Shown piece by piece: positions 1-13,099 of a stretch of 64,000 nt of DNA (within the stretch, counting starts at the first letter, position 1; each line of letters starts with the position of its first letter). Below the pieces are notes generated by a model, which searched no databases, was not told where the DNA came from, and saw only the letters and a list, made by a program, of their open reading frames with translations. The position numbers were made by a program, and so were the translations under genes. This DNA comes from Tubulanus polymorphus (lineage: Eukaryota > Animalia > Nemertea): assembly GCF_964204645.1 (NCBI RefSeq), contig NC_134025.1:12400001-12464000 (forward strand). The letters are read 5' to 3'.

Positions 1-163
1 TAGCAGTGACTATGTGAGAAATTTCGAAACATATCCTAAATGTGTGTCGAACACATTTGCAACTGAAGGAAAATGAACTACAGAATACATTTTGAACTAC
101 AACCAAACGCAAATGAACACTAAAGTTTAATTACTTCTAGGCTCTACCATAGCTCTTAATTAC

Positions 164-3100
164 CTTTAGTTGAAACATGGTCAAAGTGACTGCATTTATG
201 CGGGGGTGGCTTTATGTCTATACGATGGTAGATAAATGCAGATGACTGTGGTTGCAAGGATTGTAGTAGAGGCTCCACTTGACCATCAAATACAACCACG
301 CATAATCGGAAATCTGTACCATTGACCTGGAGATAGGGAACTCTATGTCAGCAAATACTCTACAATACAGGGCTATATATAACTTAACAAATATCTGTTA
401 ATACAATTCTATCGAGATGAAGGAAAATGCTTAAATAAACCAGTAATTGAGGACATCTCAAGGTAAAACTCAAAGAGGGTCGATGAAATGTATATATCTC
501 AAAGGCAATTAGAGTATCAAAATATGAAAAATCAGTGCAAATACTTAAGTAACAAAGTACAAGTAACAAAGATGACTCACAGTTTTCCAGTAGTAATGGG
601 ATAGAACTGGTATACTGCTTGTTCCTAGTTTGAACACATCGACAGGCTGAGTCAAGAAACTTTTTTGTCCAGAATGTCCACTGCAAATAAAATATTTCGA
701 AGAAAACCTGAATATGCAACTAGGGATCTAGGGACACCATGCCCACTTGCAAAGTGGTTTAAAATGTGCAACAATCTGACAAGCTCAATACTCAATGACC
801 CCTGTTGAACACATACACGTAACCTCGGAACTGACTAAAGGAAAATTGTTCAAATTCCATAGTTTCCCCTATTTTTCTAATTCTGAGGTTTTAGGTTCTC
901 CAGGATAGTGGCCACCCAGCTGAAGAGCTTCGCTAATCAAGAGATTAAAAGAACATAAATGATGTGACACAGTACCTCAACATGTCAGAAATAACACCTT
1001 CGGCTTGAGCAGTTGGTTCCAACATTCTAATATCAACGATGATCGGCATTGAAGAATAATCGGTTGGTTGTGGAAGTAATGGATGGAAAAGCGTTCGAGC
1101 TGAGGAATCGATTACGAAACTATAGTGACGATTATAGGAAACTGACTGCATCAAATCTGACATTTGTATATCAATACCGGCCACGCCCACAAGCGTTCCG
1201 GCGTGATAGACAGGCGTGGCTGCCGTCATAATCAGTCCAAGACCCAGTGCGTCGTAATACGGTACAGTTAATACAGGCGGTGTATTCAAAGTTGATGGTT
1301 TGCTGAAGAAGTCGTAATATGAGCCCATTTCTGTTCGCAGCTGATCAGGACTTAAAATATGCCTAAAAACACCGGCCTAAAAAAACAAAATACCAATACT
1401 ACCGGTACATAATTATGAGCAGCTAATAGATTCCTAAGACAAAAAATGTCCTCGAGTCAGATGAAATATTGAATGTAGGTTGGTCAAATTTACCTTGGCT
1501 GGGCCATAAGAAATATCAGCAAAAGGCTGTTGAGCCATCACATCCAAAATAGTTTGAGCATTTGCACTTAAAACTGAAAACAACAGTGGCTGGTTTTATA
1601 GAAAAAGTTATAAATTTTTCCATAGGGGTAAACTCAATTGACCATGATTTGAGTTAAAACGAAGGGACCAGTTACAGCCATGGCTTAGATTCAGGACCAG
1701 TTCAAGACCATCTCGGTTCTATAGTCAATACTATGGTAGTCAATCTAGCAACTTAATACGAGTTTGGAGATTTGAGACCACTAATTTATGGCAAGTCACG
1801 ACTGCGAAACTGCACAAAGGGCTGAGTTGCAGAGCAGTGAACTAACTAAAAAGCAGTCTTAAATCACAAGACTCATCTTGAGTTACTACAGTCAACCTTG
1901 CTTCATTCGTCGTCGGTTAATTCGTATAACTACCTAATTCGTAAAAAATGAAAGGTCCTGATTTTTTCCTTTGTTATTCCCATTAATTTCTATCAGATAA
2001 TTCTAACTTCGTAAATCGTAGCCGTATCCACGGTCTTTTTTCTTAAAAACAATAAGAAATGCGACACATAATTCGTATCCCATTGTTCCCCCAGCTGACA
2101 ATGAATGGCAAGCTTATCAATTACTTGACAGTCATTGGCACTAAGCGTGCTGCGGCCATGCGACATATTTTTCCACCAGTTTAGTCTAACAATGAATGGC
2201 TATGGCACACAGCATATGTTCCAATGCCAATGAAAATGATTTTTAGCAGGTTTTTAATCGTAGTTTATATGAATTAATAGATAAATCGTTAATTCTACAA
2301 ATCATACATAATTCATAGAAAACACGAATTACGTATAATCTGTATAATGTCTATTTCGTAGAAAAAACCATGGTCCCAAGAGATACGAATGAAGCGAGGT
2401 TGACTGTAGGTGACCTTGGATGGTCTTAAATGTAAGCTTAGTTGGTATTGGTTACTTTTTAAGCGATGTTGACTGTAGATGGCCTTGGATGGTCTTGAAC
2501 GTAAGCTTAGTTGGTATTGGCTACTTTTTGTTTTGATATAAGCAAAAGGATTTTAATTAAGGATTTTATGAAATAGAACCTAGAACTAGACAATGAGCTT
2601 ACATTCCCCGATGCCATATGTCAATAAAACGACTTTATTGCTAAATCTAGAATTTTCGATTCTAAGTCGAGTTTCAATGTCTTGCTTTTGTTCGAACGGT
2701 TCACCATCCGTCAAAAAAAGGATAACCTTATCTGAAAAATGTACAACACATATTTAAAATAGTAAAGAAATGAATATGTACATAATCAAAATGCCAAAGT
2801 CTACTTTCAAAACAATTACCTCGAGTCCGGTTGTTGCTCAAAGCTTTGCCATTCGATTTTGAAAGCATGTAAAATGCTTTACTTAGCGCTGCCACATAGC
2901 TAGTTCCACCTTGTAGCGTGTGTAAACTCCTGATGTAAGATTTCAGGTATTCAATATTCTGCGGTGTCGCCGCAGCCATTTCCTTTGAGAAACAGGAGGA
3001 TAATTCAGAACTACCGGGCGGAACATGACCATACGATGAAAATGAAACTACTGTCACCTGAAATTCAACATTAATCAAATAAGTTAGTCTTCAAATGAAT

Positions 3101-6100
3101 TAGTTTTACTAGGGATTCAGGGATATAATGCCTACTTCATGAAATGTTTGACAATCCGAATATTTCATTATTCAACCTTTGGCTGTCAGTACAGGTAAGT
3201 ATTTTTAGGGAATACAATTCTTCAATAGAAAAATGAAATATTTCCGTCAAAAAATGTTCCCTGTACTGACTAATAGCCAGGATCCAGTCCCACAGTTGTG
3301 AGTAAGAGTTAAAATTAGTTCATTTTCAATGAGTTAACTCAGGGTCAAATTTTAACTCCGAAGGACAGCTAGGAATCTCAAAGTTGCTGACCAAGGTCTA
3401 AATTCGCTTAAAACGATTAATTAACGAATAAAATACAGAAAGACACTCATCCTTCATGACAGTGCGTGACAGAGAAAACCTCAAATCTAAATGCATATAC
3501 AAGCATATCCATACCGGTATATACACCCATACCTATATACATATACACCCACATGTAGAATTGTATCGTATAACCACACAAACCTACAGCTACATGTGCG
3601 TGTGGCCCGACCCCAAATCAGGTGAAATCGAGCCCAAGACACTGTTCGAACCTAAACGAACAAACACCTGAGAACCGAAGCGAGCTAGAACCGGGACTGA
3701 GAACGAAACCATATAGGTTCCGTAATGGAAAAAACTAAACCTGCGATTAGGTTCAAAACAAACCTACAGCTGTGTCTCAATCCCCAGGACCAGGCTAAAA
3801 GAAACTCTGAGGACTGTATAATCCAACGGTTGCGGGGTTATCTCAGCCCTTGTGCTAAAAACCCCCGGAACAACCGCCGAGAGACTAACCAACTGACCCG
3901 AGACGTCCTTCAGATACAAGGAGAATATGGGCGAACCTGAACTGAATGCTGCTTGCATACTTGATCTAAAGCGTCTCCGGCAAACACGGCCCAGGCTAAA
4001 CTATCGTACTTGGTACGAAGCCAGGTTTACACCAGGTTCTCGTGCTTTCACACCTCGTTAATCACTAATAACTGACGTAATCCAAGCCACTGAGCCTCCA
4101 AATGCCCTCAAGAGTGATCCCCCACTACTGGGAAAGACTAACTCTCACTGGATTCCCAAATTAGTTCAGTCTTCTCGAAAAACCTCTTCAGGGAGCACAC
4201 CACACAAACTCTAATCAGGTAAGTCCTCTGCGACGCTGAGCCGCGGACTCTACCTTCCAAGACCCAGCTACTGCCGGCGAGGATTACTCTTTCTTCGTGA
4301 AATGACATATACATAAAAAAGCAGACTGGTTCCCTTAAATTGTAACCACTAAACAGTTTCTGGTTAAACAGAAAATGAAAGTGGTCCGATAGCTTCGCTA
4401 CCAAGGGATGGAGAGGATCCACCGTCTCCCAGGGCGACAAAAATTACATCTTTATATACTATACTGTCCCTGTTGAGTCTCTTGATGCTAGAATTCCCTG
4501 CGATAACCCTGACAGAAAAATCAGAAAAAATCAGTTTATCGACCAGGTTTAAATCCACACCTGAGCTGTCCAGTATCATGCCACAAGGACCAATTCGCAG
4601 TTTTGCACATCCTCAACCCTCTCGAACACCCAGTCTATCCGGGAATAGGGGAAAGCGTAATTAATGAGGACGTTTTCATCCTAGAGGGTGCCTCCATGGC
4701 CAAAGCCCTGCAAAATTGGCAGACGAACCCTGGGCACCTGGTGGCCAACAGATACAGATTGGGCCAACCTACCAGTGATCTGACTCGATACACGACTGGC
4801 TGAGACAAGGTCCACCTATGGGAATGGGCTTTTCCTGTTGAAGAAAATGACAGGCCACCTGACTAAGTGGAATACTGACAGCGAGATCCCCAGCGCCTGG
4901 ACCCACAGAAGGATCTCTGAGATGAACAGTGACGTCCGAGATCTTGTTCCTCCCCGATTCAAGATATAGACCCGGACTGCCGAATTGTCTGTGTGGGCCC
5001 CAATCCGCAACGGCTGGGGTCCGTGAATGGGCGAATCGGCACCTGGGTGAGGCTACGGATGTGTCCCTTAGGAGATTGACATCCAGAGCCCACCACGTGA
5101 AGCCCGCCACTAGGGCCAGGGAAGGAACTAGAATTCAATCTATCACCACCCTAGTGGGGAGAACAACCTTGAGTCAGGCTATCCCCAATTCCATAATAGG
5201 GCATAATAATAGGGCCGCCAATTGCTTACAAATAGTCCAAACAGGTCACAGAATAACCATGATGGGCCCTAGGGGATACTGTCCAATCAACCCGATTTTT
5301 ATTAAGATGATAGGAGGGCCCTAGGGGGATAGATATGAGTCTTCAAAATGTCCCATGAAAAGCTATAAAAAACTGATATTTCACAAACTTTTAAGCTTAC
5401 CATATCATCAGGAGTGAGTGTATCAAGAACTGTTACAGCAGCTGACTTGGCAATTGAAATGAGTGTCTGTTCATTGTATTTAGCTTCCATTGATATTGAC
5501 ATATCTATCGCAAGAACAATTTCTCTAGGCTGAGCAGTCGCCGCTTCTACATACCACGGTCTACGTACAGAAGAAACATTGTTAATTGGCTCGATATCAT
5601 CAGTCATTATTTACACGTGTTCTAACTAACCTAAAACGTGGATCGTAAGATGTACAACTGGGAACAGATGCAGCCGGAAACATAGTCATAACACCTTCTT
5701 CACTACCGAAATACTGCCATTTTAAAGTCGAATCAGCGGCTAGGTTATTCTTCATCGTATCCAGAATGTCCTTCGACAGTTGTTTTGGCAACGCCGACGC
5801 AGCAACTGCCGACTGGCGATAACACATGCTATTTAACTTCACCTATAAGTAAAAACTGATTGTACAGGGCGTTCGGATTTAACAAAGAATATCATGTTAA
5901 AAGAAGAATCATTCAACTTAACCTATAAATTAGGGTCAATTGATTTCAAATAATGGTACAAGAGGTGGGTCGATGTTACAAAGAATTCAAAGTCTGAGGC
6001 AGGCCTCGAATTAAATGGTAGCAGCGGCAGCATCTTCCTCTCGTAATAAAACTATTGCTGCAGGTTTGTCTCAATACTGACGGCAGTGTGAACTGCTGGC

Positions 6101-9100
6101 TTGCACACTGTTATATTTGTTTATGGCTAGTTGTTTTGATCATGATCTGACACTCATTTGTAAAATTGTATCGAAACAGAAGTGAATAAATAAATTGAAT
6201 ATATCGGACCTTAAAGATTGTATCTACTAGCGCTCCAAGTCAAAAGGTGAGGAATTTTTATCTTTTGTGAAGAATTGGGGGTTTTTACCAATGCCGATGT
6301 TACCAAGGGGATTTTTACCGCTAACCATTATAGTCACCTCACCCGCAGTAAGTATATCTTTTTAATACCTCAGGGGTGGGTTTTACAAACTAGGGGTCCA
6401 GGGACACCATGCCCACTTGGGAAGTGGTTTCAAATGCTCAACAATCTAACAATGAAACCAATGAACTTGAAACCCACCACAATCATAGAACATGTCAGCA
6501 GCTACGATTTTGTAATTGATTGTGATAACAAAATATGCCTCGTTACCTATTTAATATGGAAATACTAAGTTACTCTACTATTCGACGCCCTCTGGTGACC
6601 ATACGCAAAACCCAATGACGTTAAAACTCACCACAATCATAGTACATGTCATCAACTACAACTTCGCAATTGATCATGGTAACAAAATATGCCTAGGTAC
6701 CAATCTAATAAGGAAATACTAGTTATTCTACCATTCAACCCCCCTGGTGACCATACAAAATAACTAATGTCCTTAAAACTCACCAAAATGATAGGAAAAT
6801 GTCCTGAGCTACAACTTTGCAATTGATTGGGGTTACAAAATATGCATACGTACAAATATAATATAGAAATACTACGTTATTGTATTATTCAACGCCCCCT
6901 GGTGGCCATATACAAAAACCAATGACCTTGAAACTCACGAAAATCATAGAACACGTTATGAGCTACAACTTTCCAATTGATTATAGTGACACAATATGCC
7001 TAGGTATCAATTCAATGTGGAAAAACTTTTTCCCACCTACGAATGAGTACTGATGACACCAAGATTGCCGCCAATTGCGTCATAATTGGCTGATAAAAAA
7101 TTCCTGTCTCAGGTATAAAACATCCCTTTACAAAGAATACCCATCATAAATTGCAATGAGAAATGGCAAACCAGTAGGAAGCTACAGGACCCAGAATTCC
7201 AAAATTGACATTTTTGGGCACTAAAAAGGTCATAGGACGGCCATCTTGAGTCCGATTGACCCAATTTTTGTTATGCTGTAAGCCTTGGTAGGTTTAAATA
7301 CATACGAAAGATCAAGGTAATTGATCAAAGTGTCTTCAAAATTTCCCTCAAAAACTTCAAAAATGTGCAAAAAGTGCTGATTTTGGCGAACAACAATGGC
7401 TGCCAGTCGGCCATCTTGATTCTGACAGGGCCCGTTTTTGGGCTGAAGATGTGTCTAGGGTAGATACCGGTACATGTATAAACCAAACATATAGACATAT
7501 AAAATAAACATATAGACATTACACTGAAGTGTCTTCAAAACTTCCCAAAATAACTGGATTCTGTCTACAGACGGACAAACGGACGGACAAAAAGTGAACG
7601 CAATAGCCCGCTTGGACTAAAGTCCAAGTGGGCTGAAAAATAAGTTTAAAGCAGTTGAATGAAAATGTGAAATAACGAATAACATTTCACTCAACTGAAA
7701 TATACAGAACATACATGAAGATACATCAGATTACTTCATTAATATTCAGTATACTGGTAAAGGTATATTTCATTTACTACATAATGAAATTTGATGATTG
7801 TCAAAAATGGTGAACTGCTGATTCTCAGTCTTTAAGCCACAGATAGCAGGAGCACTGGCCTTGAAGACCACAGAGCATTCCGAGGTTGAAACTGCCACCG
7901 TTACTCTTATCAATCATGCAATGAGGCAATAAACAAATGACCGTCAACCCTTGATCTTGCACTTAGTTGCTAATAACACAATCATTATATACATTGTAAT
8001 GAAACAATTCAAAATTTTTCTTAAATGAACGCTAATTTCCTTTTTATTAAACAACCATTTACCAGTACACAAATTGAAGAAAATCAGTTTACCTTCAAGT
8101 TTAGATACTCACTTACAGTGGAACCTCGTTACAGCGAACTTCACGGGACCAGAAAATATGTTCTTTATAACCGATAATTGGTTATCCAGTATGAAATTAA
8201 TCAAATTGTCTTAGTTGCAATAAAATTCTATATTTGTTATATCGATGAATCGTCTTATCGGAGTTCATTATAAGGAGATTCCACTGTATCATGGTAGATC
8301 CTATGAACCAGTAACCAAAATAATATATGCGAACGAGGTGACACTAACCTTTTGTTTGAATCTCAAATCATACGTCAAACCATCTAAATTGCAACATTGA
8401 CCATACGCTGTCCAAACAGTGAACGTCTGATATGCCTCTTCGATCTTTTTCTTGTTGTTCAGAAGAGCTTCCATGCGAGTTGAAAACTGATACTCCAACT
8501 TCGCAGACAGCTGAAAAAACAAAAACAATAACAATGTTAAGTTGATGGAATGGAGTAAAAATCCATCATAGAAATATCTGATTTAATCATAATTATATTA
8601 TTTTATCTGAAAATCATGTCATCTGCTTTGGCTGTACAATGAGTACGTAATGAAAGTGAGTCTCTTGTCAATTTAAAATAAATTGCCCATGGGTAAAGTG
8701 TGGTTTACCTTAAAAACTTGAGCTTGTTTGGAAAGGGCATTGCTTATGAAAAATCTTTTTAATTCGTGACTTCAAAGTTCTATTATTGTATTTCAGCTTT
8801 CTCAAAGAATTATTTTGTACTCAAATCAAGGCCAAAAATATACATTTGTTTACGGTCCACGTCCAAAATTTCGTAGGGTCCAGGTAAGCAGGAAATCTAT
8901 TTTATATTAGGAAAAAAACAATTTTCATAAAATGAAAAATATTTGAATAGAATTGATATGATATCACCAATCAGAGGGTGGCTAAATATTGAAAGCCTTG
9001 ACAACCCTTTCCAATGTATGGCCACAGAAGCTAACATACCGGTACCGTAAAAAATCGGCATATATAGTAAGAAGATCGTTTTAAATCTTGGATTTGACCA

Positions 9101-10631
9101 CTAAAATATCCAGACCTCGACTTATACCTATACATGTAGTTTGTTGCTTAGTATTATCAGGTCACAAGTAATTACAATTTATTACAAATTCTAACAGAAA
9201 ACACAGTGCTCATCATCTGCTATAATAGTTGATTATTCATAAGCGTATTTTCATGTCAAACACGCACGCGCCAGCAAGCAGCGTTTCAGTATCACTATAT
9301 AGTGTATAATGTACGAGCGTGTGTGTGTGTGCAATGTTTAAGTGAATGCTCGCTTACACTTCAATGTCAATCAAAACAATCACCGGGTATTAAAATGAAA
9401 CAATACCTATGGCGGATATGTGGAATAATTATATTCTCACCAGCAATGAGCATAGACGGCACCTAGTCCAATGAAACGTTCGCCATTTTGGCTATCCCAT
9501 AATTATCTCAGTAGCGCCGGAATTCCCCGTACATCCCAAAAACAGCCAATCACATTCGTTCGTAGAGATGGCGCCACCCAATCGAGGTCATTGAAATTTT
9601 ATACACAAGAGCTAAAAATTTTCCTGCCAAAAACAGTTTTTCTCAGAATTTTAACAAAGTTGACCATGTCATCGACGGAGGTTCGTTCGCCTTGTCTTCG
9701 ATCGCATCGATTATACGTCGTTCAGGCCGAGAACCAATGGAAAAAATGTTCACATAAAAACGTACCGTGATTTTACATAATTGGCTCAATGCCAACTTGA
9801 ATATCGCTAACAAAGGTAAACCAAAATGGTCAAACCTCAACTTTCAATGAAACTTGTTATTAAAATGTTTCAAATACTGGAGTGCAACTGAACGGTGCAC
9901 TATAGAGTAGGATTAATTCAGCTTTTCTGAAATAAGGAGCACATGAACATTGTACTCACTTGATTTAACAAAAGTTTTCCATCAGGAACCTTGATTCTAT
10001 ATGCAATTCTTCTGTCAACATAATTCTACAAAAAAAGTTCATTGAATGACTTATCAGAAACAAGCGGGCAGGGCTGCCAACCTCTGAAAAGTGCTATCAG
10101 TAACAAATGGATAATTTTTCAGTAACATGTTATTGAAATATGAAAGAAAATGTTCAATTAAATCAGAAATCAACAGTAGGACTCTCAGTAACATCTTTCA
10201 TATTTCTGTATATATGCATCAGACAAATCAAATCAGTTTTTCTCCTTATAAAAAAAAAGTAAGAAATACTGAAATTCAGGAATGGTTGGCAGTGCTGAAT
10301 GGGCACTGGCCCACTATCTATCTCACCAAATGACATGACTATAACACTGGTTTTGAACATATGGACCGCGCTAAGTAAAATAACTTCCATTTCAAACAAC
10401 TTTGACCAAAATTTTATCCCTTAAATCCAAATACTATCATACAAGCTGTTACAAAACATTGATGACTGAATTTTAGAATTGACTTACCTGCATGTCAGAC
10501 ACACCCAGTCCTTCATTAGCCATATTTCGAAGTGCATCCTCCAATCTTTGAGGATCAATGATTGGAGAACAGTCAACCAGTTTAAATGCAGTTGCAGTAA
10601 AGATCACAATAAGAAAAACGGCAACTGACAT
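164..10631 (-). CDS. CACHD1: VWA and Cache domain-containing protein (CACHD1/alpha2delta-like), 5' 11 coding exons; continues beyond the left edge
   Basis: Phase-consistent GT-AG exons: 10631-10488 (signal peptide MSVAVFLIVIFTATAFKLVDC), 10025-9960, 8510-8349, 5842-5631 (LKWQYFGSEEG...YDPRF), 5560-5401 (RPWY...AIDMSIS), 3057-2820, 2731-2603 (VILFLTDG), 1573-1494, 1376-976 (PYYDALGLGLIMT...GVAGID...HPLLP), 680-581, 326-164 (YHRID...CSHF). These motifs match the dCache-VWA-dCache layout of CACHD1/alpha2delta. Exact orthology was not tested. Confidence 0.88.
1889..2406. mobile_element. Tc1/mariner/pogo-type MITE
   Basis: TIR cagtcaaccttgcttcattcgt / acgaatgaagcgaggttgactg, flanked by TA on both sides. 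Confidence 0.75.
3450..5250 (-). mobile_element. Degenerate DIRS1-like tyrosine-recombinase retrotransposon inside a CACHD1-like intron
   Basis: GC-richer block. Minus-strand frames give RNase H (HTDNSAVRVYILNRGGTRS...LLWVQALGISLSVFHL), the DIRS Dam-like domain (WTLSQPVV..GWPNLYLLATR; YAFPYSRIDWVFERV..LVLVA*YWTAQVW) and tyrosine recombinase (CVVCSLKRFFEKT; AWITSVI; LAWAVFAG; MQAAF..FSLYLKDV), with stops and frameshifts. Ends are approximate. Confidence 0.8.
6388..7640 (+). mobile_element. Non-autonomous Helentron/DINE-1-like (HINE) element with internal ~145-bp tandem repeats
   Basis: Starts aactag. Subterminal IR gcccacttgg (6411-6420) / ccaagtgggc (7624-7633), 3' hairpin, (ACGG/GGAC) microsatellite near 7570-7590, and about 4 degenerate internal units. 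Partial copies lie at 717-815, 11195-11594 and 43575-44135 (minus). Confidence 0.65.
8116..8286. mobile_element. Tc1/pogo-type MITE (relatives at 45125-45283, ~49654-49755, ~61546-61689)
   Basis: TIR cagtggaacctc / gagattccactg with TA flanks. Confidence 0.65.
10070..10297. mobile_element. hAT-like MITE; inverted copy at ~57334-57553
   Basis: Ends cagggctgccaacc / ggttggcagtgctg. The internal ctctgaaaagtgctatcag recurs as its reverse complement in a MadBub intron. Confidence 0.55.
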
Positions 10632-11194
10632 GATTCGTCAGTGTTTGGTCGCTTCAATTCGCCACATGTGGTACATGTTGTAAATGAAAATCTACAAAAA
10701 TTATGTACAGATTTATTCATTGACTGAATGAAGCTGGATGTACCAACTCATAGCCGCCTGACTGACCTAAATTTTTCATTTCAATTTTTACTGAAACATG
10801 GGCTAGCTCATTCCAACTACACTTACACACACTTTATCAATCTCAAGTGATAATCTCTTTTTACCAATAACTGTTAATTTGTCAATAATAAGGGGGTTTT
10901 CTCTCCGTGGTTTCATTAAATAATAATTTCTTATAATAATAATCTTCTATATTGATTCCAGATTGAAGATAAGACATGAATTCCTATTTCAAATGAGTTA
11001 TTGTTTGTTTGATTCCCCCTTCATGGAATTTAAGAAATTCCTCTGATTTCCGCTTGCCTCACTTCAGCCATTCATACCCATGGAAAGTCAACAAGGCATG
11101 AATCGCTGGTCGCAGTAACAGAGTTTTTGTTAGGGCATAGGCCCATAAGTAGAATCATTAGGCCTATATAGGTTTTTATATAGGTAACTGCTCT

Positions 11195-11594
11195 TTTTCG
11201 GGCACAAAAACAGGATGGCCATCTTGAGTCCGATCGACCCAATTTTTCTTATGCTGATGGGCCCTTGGGGGATACAAATACCTACCCAAGATCAAGATAA
11301 TTGATCAAAGCGTCTTCAAAATTTCCCTCGAAAACTTGAAATATGTGTAAAAGGTGCTGATTTGGTGAGCAACAATGGCTGCGAATCGGCCATCTTGAAT
11401 CTGACAGGGCCAGTTTTTGGGCTGAAGATGTGTCTAGGGTAGATACATGTGTAACCCAAATATAAAGACATTACATTGAGGCGTCTTCAAAACTTCCAAA
11501 ATAACTGGTTTCCATCTACGGACGAACGGACGGACAGACGGACGAAAAGTGAACGCAATAGCCCGCTGGGATTTAAGTCCCAAGAGCGCTAAAA
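11195..11594 (+). mobile_element. 3' part of the HINE family seen at 6388-7640
   Basis: Highly similar to 7210-7640, including the ggacggacagacggac microsatellite and terminal hairpin. Confidence 0.7.
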
Positions 11595-11962
11595 ATGAAT
11601 GCTCACCCTGTTGATCGATATAAATTTGCCCACGGGAGAAAATCCCGAGTCACTTCCATTTACGGTCAAAGTTGCCGTTTTCAGGGTAACTTTCAGCTTT
11701 TGATGCTGTCAGGATCTAAGAAGTTTTCTTAAGAAAAACAATTCCAATCTTTTTTTTAAAAATCTTAGTGCAAGTTTCCATGTGGACACACAAATTGAAT
11801 CATTTTTAAGCAGGGTCCCCATAAAATTTGTGCCATTTGGATGTTACACAGTACATTTTGAGGAATATTCTGAACTTCATATAATAGAAAGTAATAATTC
11901 ATTAGGGGATGAATATTCGGTCAATCCTATAATGCAATTTAACATTATTGCGGCTACAATCC

Positions 11963-13099
11963 GCAACTTGTGTAATGTTTCAGAGCATCCACGAAACAAC
12001 CAATGCGCATGCGCGAATACGCGCGACTTAGAAAATTCTAAGAAACAACATAGCAAAATTGGGATTCGAACACGTAAGCTTGAGCGTACAAGCGTAACAC
12101 TCTAACCACTGTACCAACCCAGCGGCTGGCGTTTCACCCAACTTTTTGACTACTTATAGCCTTACCCTTAACCCTTCCCTATCATAATGCACAACGGAAC
12201 CTAATCCTAACCCTATCCCTAAAACCTAACCCTAAGGACCCTAACCCTAAATCTCTAGACCCTAAACCCTAGTCTGAATACCTGTCATTGTTACGGCTCC
12301 CTACAACGTCTGACGCCATAGTATCATAAAGAGGTCAACTCCTGTTAATTGCAATGCAACAACTGATTTTAGTGTCAAATCAAACCTTTGGACTAAAATA
12401 AATTAATTAAGTTACCTTGTTGACTTTGAAAACGTGTTTTATAATAATATTTTTGATGATTTAAATCGCGAACCGGAGAATTTATTGATTTGATTTGAAT
12501 TGATTGCCACAATCGGGATTTCCAATACGGACTAAATTAATAAAATGTGAAAATTCAATATGTCTCTCTAAAATTACTCTAAATGTTAATTTTTGTTGAT
12601 AAAACGCATAGATTTTGGTCAATTTAAGAATTTGAAACAAGAATAATATCTGCATTGGCATCAATGTCAGTCCAAGTTTAAGTTCGAATCTGTAATTTAC
12701 ACTCCCATCATGCACCACGAAAAGCCGCCATATTTGTTATTGTGCTTCACTTCAACTATTTTTTGAGGCGACTAGTCAAAAGTTTTGAGCTACTACGATT
12801 GTCAAAAGCTACTTAGGATTACAAATTTAAGCACAAACAATAGTTAACTTCTGTCTGATTACAGAACAGTCAGTTTGAGGTAGGTTGATTTAAGGGGTGA
12901 AATAGATGCTCAAAGCCTCAAAATGAGGGACGAAAATTAACCTTATATGAGCACTTACGCCCTAGACGTTGTTTGTAGCACGAAGGCTAGGTACTAGACT
13001 ATCTAGGCCCTAACCCTTCAGCAATTCGAAAGGCAGCCATTTTGTATCTTCCAATATCACTTCCGTTTCATGGATGCTCTAAAACATTACCCAAATTGC
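11963..13099. mobile_element. Non-autonomous Mutator-like (MULE) element
   Basis: 35-bp TIR with 4 mismatches (11963-11997 / 13065-13099) and a perfect 9-bp direct repeat ctacaatcc at 11954-11962 and 13100-13108. Confidence 0.75.
12058..12120 (-). repeat. tRNA-derived (SINE-head-like) segment
   Basis: Minus strand reads ggtacagtggttagag (A box)...gtgttcgaatccc (B box). No convincing full cloverleaf. Confidence 0.5.

Noticed and set aside
4473-5324. Plus-strand ORFs as a nested gene or horizontally acquired bacterial DNA
   Set aside because: They are antisense shadows of the decayed DIRS element.
12058-12120. tRNA gene (also the B-box arms at 51524-51565)
   Set aside because: A/B-box similarity only, no complete cloverleaf, and embedded in transposons.
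12160-12270. True interstitial telomere
   Set aside because: The CCCTAA units are short, degenerate and inside a TIR element.
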